A stretch of DNA of 64,000 nt from Methylophilaceae bacterium (GTDB lineage Bacteria; Pseudomonadota; Gammaproteobacteria; Burkholderiales; Methylophilaceae): positions 35,903 to 99,902 of the forward strand of contig CBFHKG010000003.1 in NCBI GenBank assembly GCA_965656355.1, read 5' to 3'. The notes below the pieces were generated by a model, which was given only the letters and a program-made list of their open reading frames with translations, was not told where the DNA came from and did no database searches. Position 1 is the first letter of the stretch; each line of letters begins with the position of its first letter. Made by a program: the position numbers and the translations under genes. Below are positions 18,661 through 29,522 of this stretch, in pieces.

Positions 18661-19491
18661 ATGGCTCGGAATACAACATTAAGTTTTGAATTTTATCCCC
18701 CTCAGACTCAAGAGGGGGTTACTAAGTTGATGCAAACAGCTAAAGAACTTAATGAGTATAACCCTGAATTTTTTTCAGTTACATTTGGTGCAGGAGGTTC
18801 GACCAAAGAAAAGACCTTAGATACTGTTTTAGATCTCAAAAAGTCAGGTTTTAATGCAACACCACACATCTCATGCATCTCATCATCAAAAGCAGAAATT
18901 AAAGAGTTACTAGATAAATATAAGTCGAATAAAATAAATCATTTAGTGGCGCTTCGAGGTGATAACCCTTCGGGGAGCATAAATTTTGGCGAACTTAATT
19001 ATGCGAATGAGTTAGTCAATTTTATTAAATCAGAAATGGGAGATACTTTTAAAATTGATGTGGGCGCTTACCCAGAGGTTCATCCTGAATCAGAAACGGC
19101 AAAACAAGATTTTATAAACTTTAAGAATAAAGTCGAAGCCGGTGCAGATTCAGCGATAACTCAGTTTTTTTATAATGTTGATGCGTATTTCAAATTCGTT
19201 GATGAATGCCAGAAGAATTCAATAAATATCCCAATTGTCCCGGGGATTATGCCAATTTATAACAGTAAACAACTTATTAGGTTCGCAAATAATTGTGGAG
19301 CTGAGATACCAAGATGGTTAAAATTTAAACTAGAAGACTATTCAGATGATTTAGAATCACTTAGAGAGTTTGGTGTAGATTTTATAAGCGAACTATCTGA
19401 AACATTGATTCAATATGGCGTCCCAAGCATACATTTTTATTCATTAAACTATTCAAAGACATTGTCAAAGATAGTAAAAAATATATCTTAA
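18661..19491 (+). CDS. metF: Methylenetetrahydrofolate reductase
   Basis: 276 aa. Contains 'SFEFYPP', 'FFSVTFGAGGST' and 'ITQFFYN'. It lies 10 nt downstream of ahcY. Confidence 0.9.
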   Translation: MARNTTLSFEFYPPQTQEGVTKLMQTAKELNEYNPEFFSVTFGAGGSTKEKTLDTVLDLKKSGFNATPHISCISSSKAEIKELLDKYKSNKINHLVALRGDNPSGSINFGELNYANELVNFIKSEMGDTFKIDVGAYPEVHPESETAKQDFINFKNKVEAGADSAITQFFYNVDAYFKFVDECQKNSINIPIVPGIMPIYNSKQLIRFANNCGAEIPRWLKFKLEDYSDDLESLREFGVDFISELSETLIQYGVPSIHFYSLNYSKTLSKIVKNIS

Positions 19492-19494
19492 ATA

Positions 19495-19944
19495 CTAATG
19501 AAGTTCTGTACGTTTATTTTGAAATAGTGAGTCTTCGACAAATAGATAGCTATTTTCTTTCCCACTTTTCCATAATGTCATCATAACAATCCATCTCATT
19601 TCATCAATGTTGATAGATTTTTGATTCAAAATCATAATTTGATCTAAAATTACTTCAAATTCTGTTGAATTAAGAATTTTTGCGTTGAGTAAAAACGTTA
19701 GAAAGGTAAAAGCCTCACTAGAAATTTTCTCATATTCTTTTTTTGATAAAACTCTTAAGCTATCTTTATTTGTTAGCTCAAAACCATTACTAATTTTTTC
19801 CAAATGATTAAACCAATCAAACGCAGATGAAATATCTTTGTCATTAAAGCCTGCTTCTTCAAGCTCAACTGTAATGTCATTCATATTTAATTTAGGTTTT
19901 GTACTGATGTAATTTTCGAATAAATAAATGAGTAGATCTAACAT
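19495..19944 (-). CDS. smg: Smg (DUF494) protein
   Basis: 149 aa. 'MLDLLIYLFENY...L..AGF....I..A..W' has the typical Smg N-terminus. It is divergent from def-fmt, as in many beta- and gammaproteobacteria. Confidence 0.8.
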   Translation of the reverse strand: MLDLLIYLFENYISTKPKLNMNDITVELEEAGFNDKDISSAFDWFNHLEKISNGFELTNKDSLRVLSKKEYEKISSEAFTFLTFLLNAKILNSTEFEVILDQIMILNQKSINIDEMRWIVMMTLWKSGKENSYLFVEDSLFQNKRTELH

Positions 19945-19986
19945 TTTATATGCCCTAAAGTTTGGTTAAAGAATATAAACCCTTGT

Positions 19987-19995
19987 TGATATAAT
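19987..19995 (+). promoter_or_regulatory. Candidate extended -10 promoter element (TGATATAAT) for def-fmt-rsmB
   Basis: An exact TGnTATAAT lies 55 nt upstream of the def ATG. The -35 element is weak. In AT-rich DNA such matches also occur by chance. Confidence 0.3.
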
Positions 19996-20049
19996 ATCAG
20001 ATATGTAACTAAAGCAATTAATTCAAATTTTTTTTTACAGAAATATAAA

Positions 20050-20544
20050 ATGAAAACATTAAATATTCTAAAATATCCTGATCCAAGGTTATACAAGGTT
20101 GCGAGTGAGGTAAAGATTGTTGATACCAAAATTAAAACATTAATCTCAGCAATGGCTAAAACAATGTATGAAGCCCCAGGAATAGGTTTGGCAGCAACGC
20201 AAGTAGATGTTCATCAGAGAATAATAGTAATTGATATATCTGAAAATAAGGATGATTTGCTGGTGTTAATAAACCCAGTTCTTCTTGAAAAAAAAGGAGA
20301 GAAAATTAATCAGGAAGGTTGCTTATCTGTCCCTGAAATTTTTGAAAAAGTTAAAAGGGCTGAATGGATCAAAGTATCTGCATTAGATGAAAATGCTAAA
20401 AAATTCGAATTAGAAGCCGAAGGCTTGTTAGCCGTTTGTATTCAACATGAAATGGATCATCTGGAGGGGAAGGTATTTGTTGATTACTTGTCAAATTTGA
20501 AGAAAACTAGAATCAAGAAAAAATTATATAAGATGAGTAAATGA
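20050..20544 (+). CDS. def: Peptide deformylase
   Basis: 164 aa. Contains motifs 'GIGLAATQV', 'EGCLSVP' and 'QHEMDHL'. Confidence 0.95.
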   Translation: MKTLNILKYPDPRLYKVASEVKIVDTKIKTLISAMAKTMYEAPGIGLAATQVDVHQRIIVIDISENKDDLLVLINPVLLEKKGEKINQEGCLSVPEIFEKVKRAEWIKVSALDENAKKFELEAEGLLAVCIQHEMDHLEGKVFVDYLSNLKKTRIKKKLYKMSK

Positions 20545-21497
20545 GCATAAAAAAAATAAGCATTATTTTTGCTGGAACCCCAGAATTTGCCGTGCCAGCA
20601 TTAGAAAAAATCAATTTAGCTGGTTTTGAAATAAAATTAGTTATGACACAGCCTGATAGAAAGTCAGGTAGGGGAATGAATGTTAAAAAAAGCCCCGTGA
20701 AAGAAAAATCAATTGAGCTTGACATACCTGTATATCAACCTGAAGTATTAACAAATAATAGGGAAGCTTTAAATAAAATTACTTCAAAAAAAGCAGATAT
20801 TTTAATTGTTGTAGCCTATGGCTTAATTATTCCAGAAGAAATTTTAAACTTATTTAACGGGCATATATACAATATTCATGCTTCCTTGTTGCCTAGATGG
20901 CGAGGCGCTGCACCGATTCATAGAGCCATAGAGGCAGGAGATAAGGAAACGGGCATTACAATTATGAAGATTGTTAATCAACTTGATGCGGGGCCTATGA
21001 TAATGAAAGAAAAAGTACCTATTTCTGCAGAGGATACGACTGATTTTTTATCTAAAAAACTATCTAAATTAGGAGCATCAATGATCAATACTTTGCTTAA
21101 GAATATTGAAAGAGGAAAAGTAATTAAGCTGGAGAAACAGAATGAAGAAGATGTTACTTATGCAAAAAAAATAAATAAATTAGAGGCTATCGCTGATTTT
21201 AATAATTCTCCAGAAGTTTTATGTCAGAAGATTAGGGCATTTAGCCCATTCCCAATGATTAATATTAATTTTGAAGGAAAGAGTTTAAAGATTGTTAAAG
21301 CAAAAATTTATAATAAAGAAATTAAGAAAAATGTAGCTATAGGCAAATTATTCTTACAGGGAGAGGACTTACTATTAAGTCTTTCCTCAGGCGTCTTAAA
21401 ATTAGAGGAAGTTCGATTAGAAGGAAAGAAAACAATGATAGCCTCAGATTTCGTAAAAGGGCAACAAGTCATGAGAATTAATTCAGCTAATCATTGA
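20541..21497 (+). CDS. fmt: Methionyl-tRNA formyltransferase
   Basis: 318 aa. Contains '[12 protein letters not shown]' and '[16 protein letters not shown]'. It overlaps def by 4 nt. Confidence 0.95.
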   Translation: MSIKKISIIFAGTPEFAVPALEKINLAGFEIKLVMTQPDRKSGRGMNVKKSPVKEKSIELDIPVYQPEVLTNNREALNKITSKKADILIVVAYGLIIPEEILNLFNGHIYNIHASLLPRWRGAAPIHRAIEAGDKETGITIMKIVNQLDAGPMIMKEKVPISAEDTTDFLSKKLSKLGASMINTLLKNIERGKVIKLEKQNEEDVTYAKKINKLEAIADFNNSPEVLCQKIRAFSPFPMININFEGKSLKIVKAKIYNKEIKKNVAIGKLFLQGEDLLLSLSSGVLKLEEVRLEGKKTMIASDFVKGQQVMRINSANH

Positions 21498-22768
21498 AAG
21501 TAGCTCAACTTACTGCCGCAGGAATAGTAATGGATGTAATAGAGGGCAAGAATTTAAATAAAGTTTTTGAGAAATATTCATATGAAAATAAAATTAATTC
21601 AAAAGATATTTCTCAGATAAAAGATCTCGTTTTTGGTACCCTTCGCTCCTATGGGAAAACAAAATTTGTTATTAATAGACTGGTTAAAAGAACACCTTCT
21701 AATACATTAATTTTAACACTGCTCCATATCGCAATATTTCAACTCATTTTTAATCGGTCAAATTCTTATACCGTAGTAGATCAAGCTGTTTCAGCATCAA
21801 ACATGATAAATAAAAGACACACTAAATTTGTAAATGGTGTGCTTAGAGCCTTTCTTAGAGAAAAGGTAAGTATCCTAGAAAAAGCTGAAAAGATTGATGA
21901 AGCAAAATATAGTTATCCTATTTGGTGGATAAATCTGATAAAAAATGAATATCCAAAATCCTGGAATAATATTCTTGATATAGGAAACTCACACCCACCT
22001 TTTATTATTAGAGTAAATATAAAAAAAGGAAATATAAGTAACTACATTAAAAAATTAGAAAACCATAATATTGAGCATCTACATTTAGGCATGGAAGCAA
22101 TATTCATAAAAAAACCAATCCCAATAGATTCTTTACCCGGTTTTAAAGAGGGGGAGGTTTCAATACAAGATTATGGAGCTCAACTCGCAACACATTTACT
22201 AGATTTAAAGAAAAATTATAATGTTTTAGATGCCTGCGCAGCTCCAGGGGGTAAGGCTTGTCACATGAATGAGATAGAAGAAATTAAATTGACAGCAGTA
22301 GAGGCCGACAAACAAAGAGTGGAAAGAATTAATGAGAACCAAAAAAGGCTTGGGCAAACTTTTAAAGTAATAAATTCTGAAATTAAATCTGGCAACGCAT
22401 GGTGGGACAGAAAATTATTCGATAGAATTTTATTAGATGCACCATGTTCAGCTTCTGGAATAGTAAGGAGACATATAGATATAAAATGGCTAAGAAGGCT
22501 TGAGGATTTAGATTATTTCCACGAAAAGCAGTTTCAATTACTAAAAGCATCATGGGAGATGCTAAAGCCTCATGGAAAACTCTTGTATGTAACATGCTCA
22601 ATATTTGAGGTAGAGAATAGATCAGTAGTAAATAGATTCTTAAAAGAAGAAAAAACTGCTATGGAAATAAAAATTAAATTTCCAAAAAACGTAAATGTAG
22701 ATGATAATCAGCTATTACCTTCATTAATTCATGACGGATTATTTTATGTACTATTGCAGAAAAAATAA
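21494..22768 (+). CDS. rsmB: 16S rRNA (cytosine967-C5)-methyltransferase
   Basis: 424 aa with a NusB-like N-terminal domain. It carries 'DACAAPGGK', 'DAPCSASGIVRRHIDIKW' and 'TCS'. The def-fmt-rsmB synteny supports the call. Confidence 0.9.
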   Translation: MKVAQLTAAGIVMDVIEGKNLNKVFEKYSYENKINSKDISQIKDLVFGTLRSYGKTKFVINRLVKRTPSNTLILTLLHIAIFQLIFNRSNSYTVVDQAVSASNMINKRHTKFVNGVLRAFLREKVSILEKAEKIDEAKYSYPIWWINLIKNEYPKSWNNILDIGNSHPPFIIRVNIKKGNISNYIKKLENHNIEHLHLGMEAIFIKKPIPIDSLPGFKEGEVSIQDYGAQLATHLLDLKKNYNVLDACAAPGGKACHMNEIEEIKLTAVEADKQRVERINENQKRLGQTFKVINSEIKSGNAWWDRKLFDRILLDAPCSASGIVRRHIDIKWLRRLEDLDYFHEKQFQLLKASWEMLKPHGKLLYVTCSIFEVENRSVVNRFLKEEKTAMEIKIKFPKNVNVDDNQLLPSLIHDGLFYVLLQKK

Positions 22769-23309
22769 TTTACATTTATTACTTTTTTTTATCTTTATTT
22801 CAAATCTAAGCCTAACGTTTGCAAACATAAATAATCAAATTAGCATAAGTCAAATTAAGCTAGAAAATAATCAAGAAAATATTGTTATTGATCTAAAGCA
22901 AAGCTCACAATTACCCCCAAAAATTATTGAGCTTCTTGAAAGAGGTATTCCAATTGCTTTTAATCTAAAAATTGACTTAATCAAAGAAGAAAAGTATTGG
23001 TTTGACAAAGTGTTAAATCAGAATAACTTTGTATATCAAATTAAATATTTTTCACTGAGAAAAGTTTTTGAGGTTATTGATATAAATGGAAATAAAAAAA
23101 TTTTTGAAGATGAACAAGAAGCTATTAGTAATTTACTAAGTGACAAAGAAATTATAATAAAAAAATATAGTCATCTATATGATACAAAATTAAAAATATG
23201 GATAGAGCTGGACAAAAAAAAATTGCCGAAAGCAATTCAGGCAGATATATTCAACAAGTCGTGGGATGTAGGTTCAAATATAATAATTTTTGATATGAAT
23301 AAATTATGA
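22731..23309 (+). CDS. DUF4390-like secreted protein (conserved between rsmB and ntrY)
   Basis: 192 aa with an N-terminal signal-like segment. The assignment rests mostly on its position between rsmB and ntrY, as in betaproteobacteria. The start could be the ATG at 22746. Confidence 0.55.
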   Translation: MTDYFMYYCRKNNLHLLLFFIFISNLSLTFANINNQISISQIKLENNQENIVIDLKQSSQLPPKIIELLERGIPIAFNLKIDLIKEEKYWFDKVLNQNNFVYQIKYFSLRKVFEVIDINGNKKIFEDEQEAISNLLSDKEIIIKKYSHLYDTKLKIWIELDKKKLPKAIQADIFNKSWDVGSNIIIFDMNKL

Positions 23310-25453
23310 AGTACCTTATTACCACAGTAGCTGTCATTGGATTAGGATTTTTAATTCTTTTAGCGCAGTCATTAGCCAATAATGAATTTGTATCAAACGA
23401 AACTTTTATCGTTTTATTGATAATTTCTATAGCCTTTGTTGTATGTCTATTTTTTCTAATCATTTTCCAACTATTCAAATTACTTCAGAGTGTAAGAAAA
23501 GAAATTACTGGAAGTAAATTAACATTACGATTAGTCATAGCATTTGGATTGATGGTCCTTATTCCTGTATCCATTGTATATTTGGTATCCGTAAACTTCC
23601 TAACAAAGTCTATTGAGTCATGGTTTGATGTTCGGGTTGAGTCAGCTCTTGAGGGCGGTTTAAATCTTGGGCAAAAGACAATAGATATCTTAATAGATGA
23701 CATTGAATTGAAGGGGAAAAGTATTGCATATGCAATTGCAAACAAGCCATATGAAAAAAGAGAGGACATCTTAATTGATTTAAGAGAAAAATTTAGTATA
23801 TCAAGCGCAGTTTTATATAAAAATGATGGAAGCATATCTGCAATATCAGAAAGTAATCCAACTATAAGGTCGTTAACTATAAGTCTGGAAGATATAAGAA
23901 GAGTTCAAAACGGATATTTTGGAAGAATTGAGGAAACAAAAAATAAGAATCTTTTACTCAAAGCATTTATCCCAATTTTTTATAACGATAAAAATCAAAC
24001 AATAGATTTAATTGGTTCAGAAGAAATATTAATGTTGTCTCAACCGGTTCCCGAGTCCATATCAAATATGGCAATTTCAGTCGAGTCAGTTTTCGAAGAG
24101 TATCAACAACTAAGGTATAGTCGAAATTCATTAAAAATTATCTACACGTTAACATTAACAATCGTTCTCATGTTAGCAATCTTAACTTCGGTTGCAATTT
24201 CGTTTGTTTTAAGTAGAAGGTTTACAAGGCCACTCTCACTATTATCCGAAGCAACAAATCAAATAGCAAAAGGGAATTATAAAAAAATAATACCAGAGGT
24301 AGGTAAAGATGAATTGGGAATATTAGTCAAATCGTTTAACTCGATGACATATCAACTAGATACTGCCACAAAAAATTCAAAAAAAAATAGAAAGCGCTTG
24401 GAGGAGGCAAGAGCGTTTTTAGATGCCACTCTTACAAATTTAGCAACCTCAATTGTGGTTATTGATAAAAATATAAACATAAAATTGTATAACAAGTCGG
24501 CAGCAAAATTACTAAATTTTAAATTATCAAATATGGTTGGTGAGAATTTAAAAAATGCCATTAAGGACATGCAGAAATTTCAAACGGTAATTAATTTCAT
24601 TGAAGAATCAATAGGTGAAAAAAATAAGACCACAGAAATATCAAAAGAAATTGTTATAGGTACTCAGCTAGAGCAAAAAACTTTAATTTTAAAACTTTCA
24701 GCATTACGTGAAAGCTCTGGTGTATCCTATATTATTGTATTAGAGGATATTTCAACCATAGCAAAAGCTCAGAGGCAAATTGCCTGGAGTGAGATTGCAA
24801 GAAGATTAGCACATGAAATTAAGAACCCACTTACTCCAATTCAGCTATCAGCTGAAAGGGTTCAAAATAAAATTATAAATAAGTTAAATGAGGCAGACAA
24901 AGATTTATTAAATAAATCAACTAACACAATAATTAAACAAGTAGATGCTTTAAAGTTAATGGTTAATGAATTTGCTGAATATTCACGAACTCCAAGCGTT
25001 GTAAGAAAAAGTATTAATATTGCTGAGCTAATTGATGAAATTTCTTATTTATATTCTGATCAAAATATTGAAATCAAAAAAAATTATCCTAAAAATATTA
25101 AAGAAATAAAAATAGACGAAAATAAATTTAGGCAGGTATTTATAAATATTTTTGATAACTCGAGAGCAGCAATTGAAAAAATAAAGAATCCAAAAATAAT
25201 CATTACAATAAAATACAGTAAAGAATTGATTATGCTTAAATTTGAAGATAATGGTATAGGGATACCAACAGAAATAATTGATAAAATTTATGAGCCATAT
25301 GTTACATCAAAAAAAACAGGAACAGGACTGGGATTAGCAATTGTAAATAAAATAATAGAAGAACATTCTGGTGAAATAGAAATAAAAAATATTAAACCAA
25401 AGGGAGTATGCATACTAATTACTCTTCCTCTGATGGAGATTAAAGATGGATAA
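23306..25453 (+). CDS. ntrY: Sensor histidine kinase NtrY
   Basis: 715 aa with N-terminal TM segments, a HAMP-like region and PAS. H-box 'HEIKNPLTPIQLSAE', plus N/G boxes 'FDNS..A' and 'GTGLGLAIV'. Confidence 0.8.
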   Translation: MKYLITTVAVIGLGFLILLAQSLANNEFVSNETFIVLLIISIAFVVCLFFLIIFQLFKLLQSVRKEITGSKLTLRLVIAFGLMVLIPVSIVYLVSVNFLTKSIESWFDVRVESALEGGLNLGQKTIDILIDDIELKGKSIAYAIANKPYEKREDILIDLREKFSISSAVLYKNDGSISAISESNPTIRSLTISLEDIRRVQNGYFGRIEETKNKNLLLKAFIPIFYNDKNQTIDLIGSEEILMLSQPVPESISNMAISVESVFEEYQQLRYSRNSLKIIYTLTLTIVLMLAILTSVAISFVLSRRFTRPLSLLSEATNQIAKGNYKKIIPEVGKDELGILVKSFNSMTYQLDTATKNSKKNRKRLEEARAFLDATLTNLATSIVVIDKNINIKLYNKSAAKLLNFKLSNMVGENLKNAIKDMQKFQTVINFIEESIGEKNKTTEISKEIVIGTQLEQKTLILKLSALRESSGVSYIIVLEDISTIAKAQRQIAWSEIARRLAHEIKNPLTPIQLSAERVQNKIINKLNEADKDLLNKSTNTIIKQVDALKLMVNEFAEYSRTPSVVRKSINIAELIDEISYLYSDQNIEIKKNYPKNIKEIKIDENKFRQVFINIFDNSRAAIEKIKNPKIIITIKYSKELIMLKFEDNGIGIPTEIIDKIYEPYVTSKKTGTGLGLAIVNKIIEEHSGEIEIKNIKPKGVCILITLPLMEIKDG

Positions 25454-26681
25454 GGTAAAAATTAAACTTCTAATCATTGATGATGAAAAAGATATTAGAG
25501 ATTCACTTAAAGATATTTTGGTTGACGAGGGTTATGAAATTCATCTGGCTGAAAATGCGTTGGAAGCAAAAAAAATTAAATTATCCCAAACTTTTGACTT
25601 AATTTTACTTGATATTTGGATGCCAGATATTGATGGCCTTTCCTTACTAAAAGAATGGGCATCCAATAATGAAATAAATTGTCCTGTTGTTATGATGTCT
25701 GGACATGGAACTATTGACACGGCAATTGAGGCAACAAAAATTGGCGCAACAGATTTCCTAGAGAAGCCTATATCTCTACAAAAACTTCTTAAGACAATTT
25801 CGAGTGCCCTTAAAAATTCGGTTGAGTTAAAAAAGACTGATAAGACCTTTTTTGACGAATGTAATTTAAAGTTTATAAAAGATATTGAAACTGATATTAA
25901 TCAGCTTAAGAAGGATGATTTGGTTGCATTTGTAGGTAATAAGACTAATTTTATAGAAATTTTTATATCTATGCTTTTTAATACTAATTACTATGTAGTG
26001 AGGAAAGTTGCTGATATAAATAGTAATTTATTAAATCTAATTCAGACATCAGGGCTAAAATTTGTTTTGTTTGAAAATTGCCTTGATGGAGCAACAAAGT
26101 ATCATGACAATAAAAAAATATTTAATGAGTTAATTGCGAATAAAATAAAGATCATTTTTCTAGAAAAAGATAAAGATTTACTTGAGAGCTTTTTTGAAAA
26201 TGAAAATAATGCTGTTATTTTTGAGCTACCAAAGTTATCTTATGATAGGGATTTAATTCCTGATTTATCTAATGCATTTCTTACATTTCATTTAAATAAA
26301 AATCCTAACATATCCTTTAAGACTCTTGATATTTCGGCCTTAAATACATTAAGAAATAAAGCTGGAATAGAAAGTTTAGATCAACTTGATAAAATTATCG
26401 TATCTTTAATTAAGACATCAGATACTGAACTAATTGATAAAGATGATGTTGATAATTACTTTAATCAACATAATTCATCTTTTGATACAAATAGTAATGA
26501 TCAAATTAAAATAGATTTTTTATATGAAAAACCTCTTAAAGAATCAAGAGATTTATTTGAAACTATGTATCTAAAACATCACCTTAGTCAAAATAAGTCT
26601 ATTACCGAATTATCTAAAAAAACAGGAATAGAAAGAACACACCTTTATAGAAAACTTAAACAATTAGGGATTAAGGCTTAA
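25446..26681 (+). CDS. ntrX: NtrX-like response regulator with a degenerate sigma-54 AAA+ module
   Basis: 411 aa. The receiver domain is intact ('IIDDE', 'LLDIWMPDIDG', 'MSGHG', 'FLEKP') and so is the C-terminal Fis-type HTH ('ELSKKTGIERTHLYRKLKQLGI'). The central region aligns only as a scaffold: 'VGNKTNF' replaces the Walker A GxxGxGK, 'VLFENC' replaces the Walker B, and there is no GAFTGA. Confidence 0.7.
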   Translation: MDKVKIKLLIIDDEKDIRDSLKDILVDEGYEIHLAENALEAKKIKLSQTFDLILLDIWMPDIDGLSLLKEWASNNEINCPVVMMSGHGTIDTAIEATKIGATDFLEKPISLQKLLKTISSALKNSVELKKTDKTFFDECNLKFIKDIETDINQLKKDDLVAFVGNKTNFIEIFISMLFNTNYYVVRKVADINSNLLNLIQTSGLKFVLFENCLDGATKYHDNKKIFNELIANKIKIIFLEKDKDLLESFFENENNAVIFELPKLSYDRDLIPDLSNAFLTFHLNKNPNISFKTLDISALNTLRNKAGIESLDQLDKIIVSLIKTSDTELIDKDDVDNYFNQHNSSFDTNSNDQIKIDFLYEKPLKESRDLFETMYLKHHLSQNKSITELSKKTGIERTHLYRKLKQLGIKA

Positions 26682-27446
26682 TTCAGTTACTACTGGAACG
26701 TGATCTGAAGGTCGTTCAAGAGTTCGCGTCCGTTTATCAATGTAAGCTTTTTCTAAAAAAGGTAATAGGGTTTTTGATAAAAGAATATGATCAATGCGCA
26801 TCCCTAAGTTTCGTTTAAAAGGTATTCTATAGTCCCACCACGAAAATTCATTTGCATTAGGATTCATCTCTCTAAATGTATCAATAAATCCTAGTTTAAG
26901 TAATTTATCGAAATATTCTCGCTCTTGAGGGGATACTAAAATTTTTCCATCCCATGATTTTGAGTCATAACAATCCATCTTTGATGGAGCAATATTAAAA
27001 TCTCCAGTAATAATATTATCAGTTCCATCAATTTTCTTTTGCAAAAAATTAATAAATGATTTGAGCCATTTTTTTTTATACTCAAATTTGTCTGAGTTAA
27101 GTGATTGTCCATTAGGGATGTAAGCAGATATGATTCGTAAGTTAGGTCCTTCATCATTAGGATATATCCCAGATATTAATCTTTTTTGCTCATCATGAAA
27201 ATTAGGAATATCGAATTGAACATTAATTAATTCTTTATTGCTGATTATTGCAACACCATTATAGGTATTTTGTCCATTATGGCTTGAGAAGAGACCTTGC
27301 TGTTCAAATACATCATGCGGAAAGTTATCATTATTTTGCTTTGTTTCTTGTAAACAAAGAACATCAGGTTGATTTAGATTTATCCAATCTAAAACTTGAG
27401 GAAGTCTAACTTTTAAAGAATTTACATTCCAGGATGCTATCTTCAT
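26664..27446 (-). CDS. xthA: Exodeoxyribonuclease III
   Basis: 260 aa. Contains 'MKIASWNVNSL', 'LCLQETK' and 'SDHVPV'. Its 3' end overlaps ntrX by 18 nt (convergent). Confidence 0.9.
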   Translation of the reverse strand: MKIASWNVNSLKVRLPQVLDWINLNQPDVLCLQETKQNNDNFPHDVFEQQGLFSSHNGQNTYNGVAIISNKELINVQFDIPNFHDEQKRLISGIYPNDEGPNLRIISAYIPNGQSLNSDKFEYKKKWLKSFINFLQKKIDGTDNIITGDFNIAPSKMDCYDSKSWDGKILVSPQEREYFDKLLKLGFIDTFREMNPNANEFSWWDYRIPFKRNLGMRIDHILLSKTLLPFLEKAYIDKRTRTLERPSDHVPVVTELSLNP

Positions 27447-29458
27447 TAATTAGTCAGTCCATGATGATCCAGCATTGCATTTATTTTTGGTTTTCTTCCC
27501 CTAAAGGCAATAAAGGATTCCAATGCAGACCGAGACCCTCCTTTAGAAAGAATTTCTTTTTTAAATTTATTACCTGCTGTTTTTGATAAAATTCCAATTT
27601 CTTCAAATAAACTATAGGCGTCGGCAGAAAGTACTTCGGCCCATTTATAGCTGTAATAGGCTGAAGCATATCCTCCTGAAAAAATATGACTAAAGCTATG
27701 AGGGAATTTGTTCCAAGTAGGTGTATTTATAACTGAAACTTGAGCTCTAACGTTATTCAAAATCCTCATAAAATTTCTATTCTTTGGTGAGTATTCTGTG
27801 TGAAGTTTAATATCAAATAATGCAAATTCAACTTGTCTTAATGTTTGAAGACCTGATTGAAAATTCTTTGATTCTAACAAATTATTAAATAGCTTTTTAG
27901 GCATATAGGTTTTAGCTTTGTTGTTATATGACATATCTCTTATGACAGACCATTCCCAGCAATAATTTTCCATAAATTGACTGGGTAGTTCAACTGCATC
28001 CCACTCCACTCCTTTTATTCCTGAAATAGAATATTCTGTTACTTCAGTTAAAAGATGATGAAGTCCATGCCCAAATTCGTGGAATAAAGTGATAACCTCA
28101 TCATGTGTTAAGTATGCTTTACCATTTGATGGAGGTGTAAAATTACAAGTCAGATACGCAACGGGGCTTTCTTCTTCATTCATTAATTTATACTTAGAGA
28201 TTGCTTCATCCATCCAGGCACCACCACGTTTATCTTTCCTTGCATATAAATCTAGATAGAATTTTCCAACTAATTGTTTCTCCTTATTGAATATTTCAAA
28301 AAATTTTACATCTTCATGCCATGTTGACGTTTTTGTTTCATTAATATTTAGACCATAAATCTTTTTGCAAATATTAAAAAGCCCATGCAATACGTTATTA
28401 ATAGAAAAATATTGTTTAATTTCTTCATCAGTAATACTAAATTTTTTCTTTTTTAATTTTTCAGAAAGATAAGGTATATCCCATGGCATTACTTTAGTAA
28501 TATTAAATTCTTTTGCGATATCATCAAGATCATCAATATCAGCCAAGGCCGATTTCGTTGCATTTTTTGTAAGTTTTAATAAGAAAGATATAACTTCCTC
28601 CGAAGATTTAGCCATTTTAGTTTTTAAGAGCATTGATGAAATATTTGAGTAGCCAAGCAATTTTGACATCTCATATTTTAGTTTGAGTATATGATTTATA
28701 TTTTTTGTATTATCCAACTTACTATTCATCAATGAAGAAGCTTTTGTATTATATGCGGTATAAATATTTTTTCTTAGTTTACGGTTATCTGCATATTGCA
28801 TGATTGGTAAATAGCTTGGAAAGTCAATGGTAAATAAATAACCCTTCAATTTTTTAGCTTTGGCTTTTAAATATGCAGATTTAACAACATCATCTGGAAT
28901 TCCTTTTAACAAATTGTTATCTGAAATAACTAATTTAAAGTTATTAATAGAATCTAAAATATTTTCATCAAAAGAAGATGATATCTTTGATAGTTTGCTT
29001 TGAATTGCTTTAAACCTTATCTTTTGTTTTTTAGGTAGCGCAACACCAGAAAGCTCAAAAGATATAATTTCATTCTTAATAAGTTTTTTCTGTGAAACTG
29101 ATAATTTATTGTTATTTCGAAGTATATTTTTATATTTATTATAAAGAATATGGCTTTGACCTAGTTGAGTAGAATAATCAGTAACTTTAGCAAGCGCTTG
29201 GTTATAGACTTTCCTATATGATGTTGAGCTTTTAACTGCGTTAATATGATTAATATAAGACCAGATCCTGTTAATTTTCTCACTGCATACCTCTAAGGGC
29301 ACTACAAAGTTCCTCCAATTTGGTGGTTCGCTCGTAGATTCTATTGTTGAAACAACTTTGAGATTTTCGTTAATTACTTTATTTATTGCAGGAATCACAT
29401 GTTTAGATTTTACGCTAAAAAAATCTGGCAATTTATCTCTTACTAAAAAAGGGTTCAT
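27446..29458 (-). CDS. prlC: Oligopeptidase A (M3 family)
   Basis: 670 aa with the zinc motif 'HEFGHGLHH'. Length and flanking sequence are typical of PrlC/OpdA. Confidence 0.9.
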   Translation of the reverse strand: MNPFLVRDKLPDFFSVKSKHVIPAINKVINENLKVVSTIESTSEPPNWRNFVVPLEVCSEKINRIWSYINHINAVKSSTSYRKVYNQALAKVTDYSTQLGQSHILYNKYKNILRNNNKLSVSQKKLIKNEIISFELSGVALPKKQKIRFKAIQSKLSKISSSFDENILDSINNFKLVISDNNLLKGIPDDVVKSAYLKAKAKKLKGYLFTIDFPSYLPIMQYADNRKLRKNIYTAYNTKASSLMNSKLDNTKNINHILKLKYEMSKLLGYSNISSMLLKTKMAKSSEEVISFLLKLTKNATKSALADIDDLDDIAKEFNITKVMPWDIPYLSEKLKKKKFSITDEEIKQYFSINNVLHGLFNICKKIYGLNINETKTSTWHEDVKFFEIFNKEKQLVGKFYLDLYARKDKRGGAWMDEAISKYKLMNEEESPVAYLTCNFTPPSNGKAYLTHDEVITLFHEFGHGLHHLLTEVTEYSISGIKGVEWDAVELPSQFMENYCWEWSVIRDMSYNNKAKTYMPKKLFNNLLESKNFQSGLQTLRQVEFALFDIKLHTEYSPKNRNFMRILNNVRAQVSVINTPTWNKFPHSFSHIFSGGYASAYYSYKWAEVLSADAYSLFEEIGILSKTAGNKFKKEILSKGGSRSALESFIAFRGRKPKINAMLDHHGLTN

Positions 29459-29522
29459 ATTGAATAGAAAACTTGAAATTAAAATATTGTGGCTTTATTA
29501 AACAAAAAAAATTCAAATTAAA

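Noticed and set aside
19938-20129. 63-aa minus-strand ORF upstream of smg, overlapping the def start.
   Set aside because: It overlaps the def coding start and its promoter region. The composition is hydrophobic and low-complexity with no motif, and the def call is secure.
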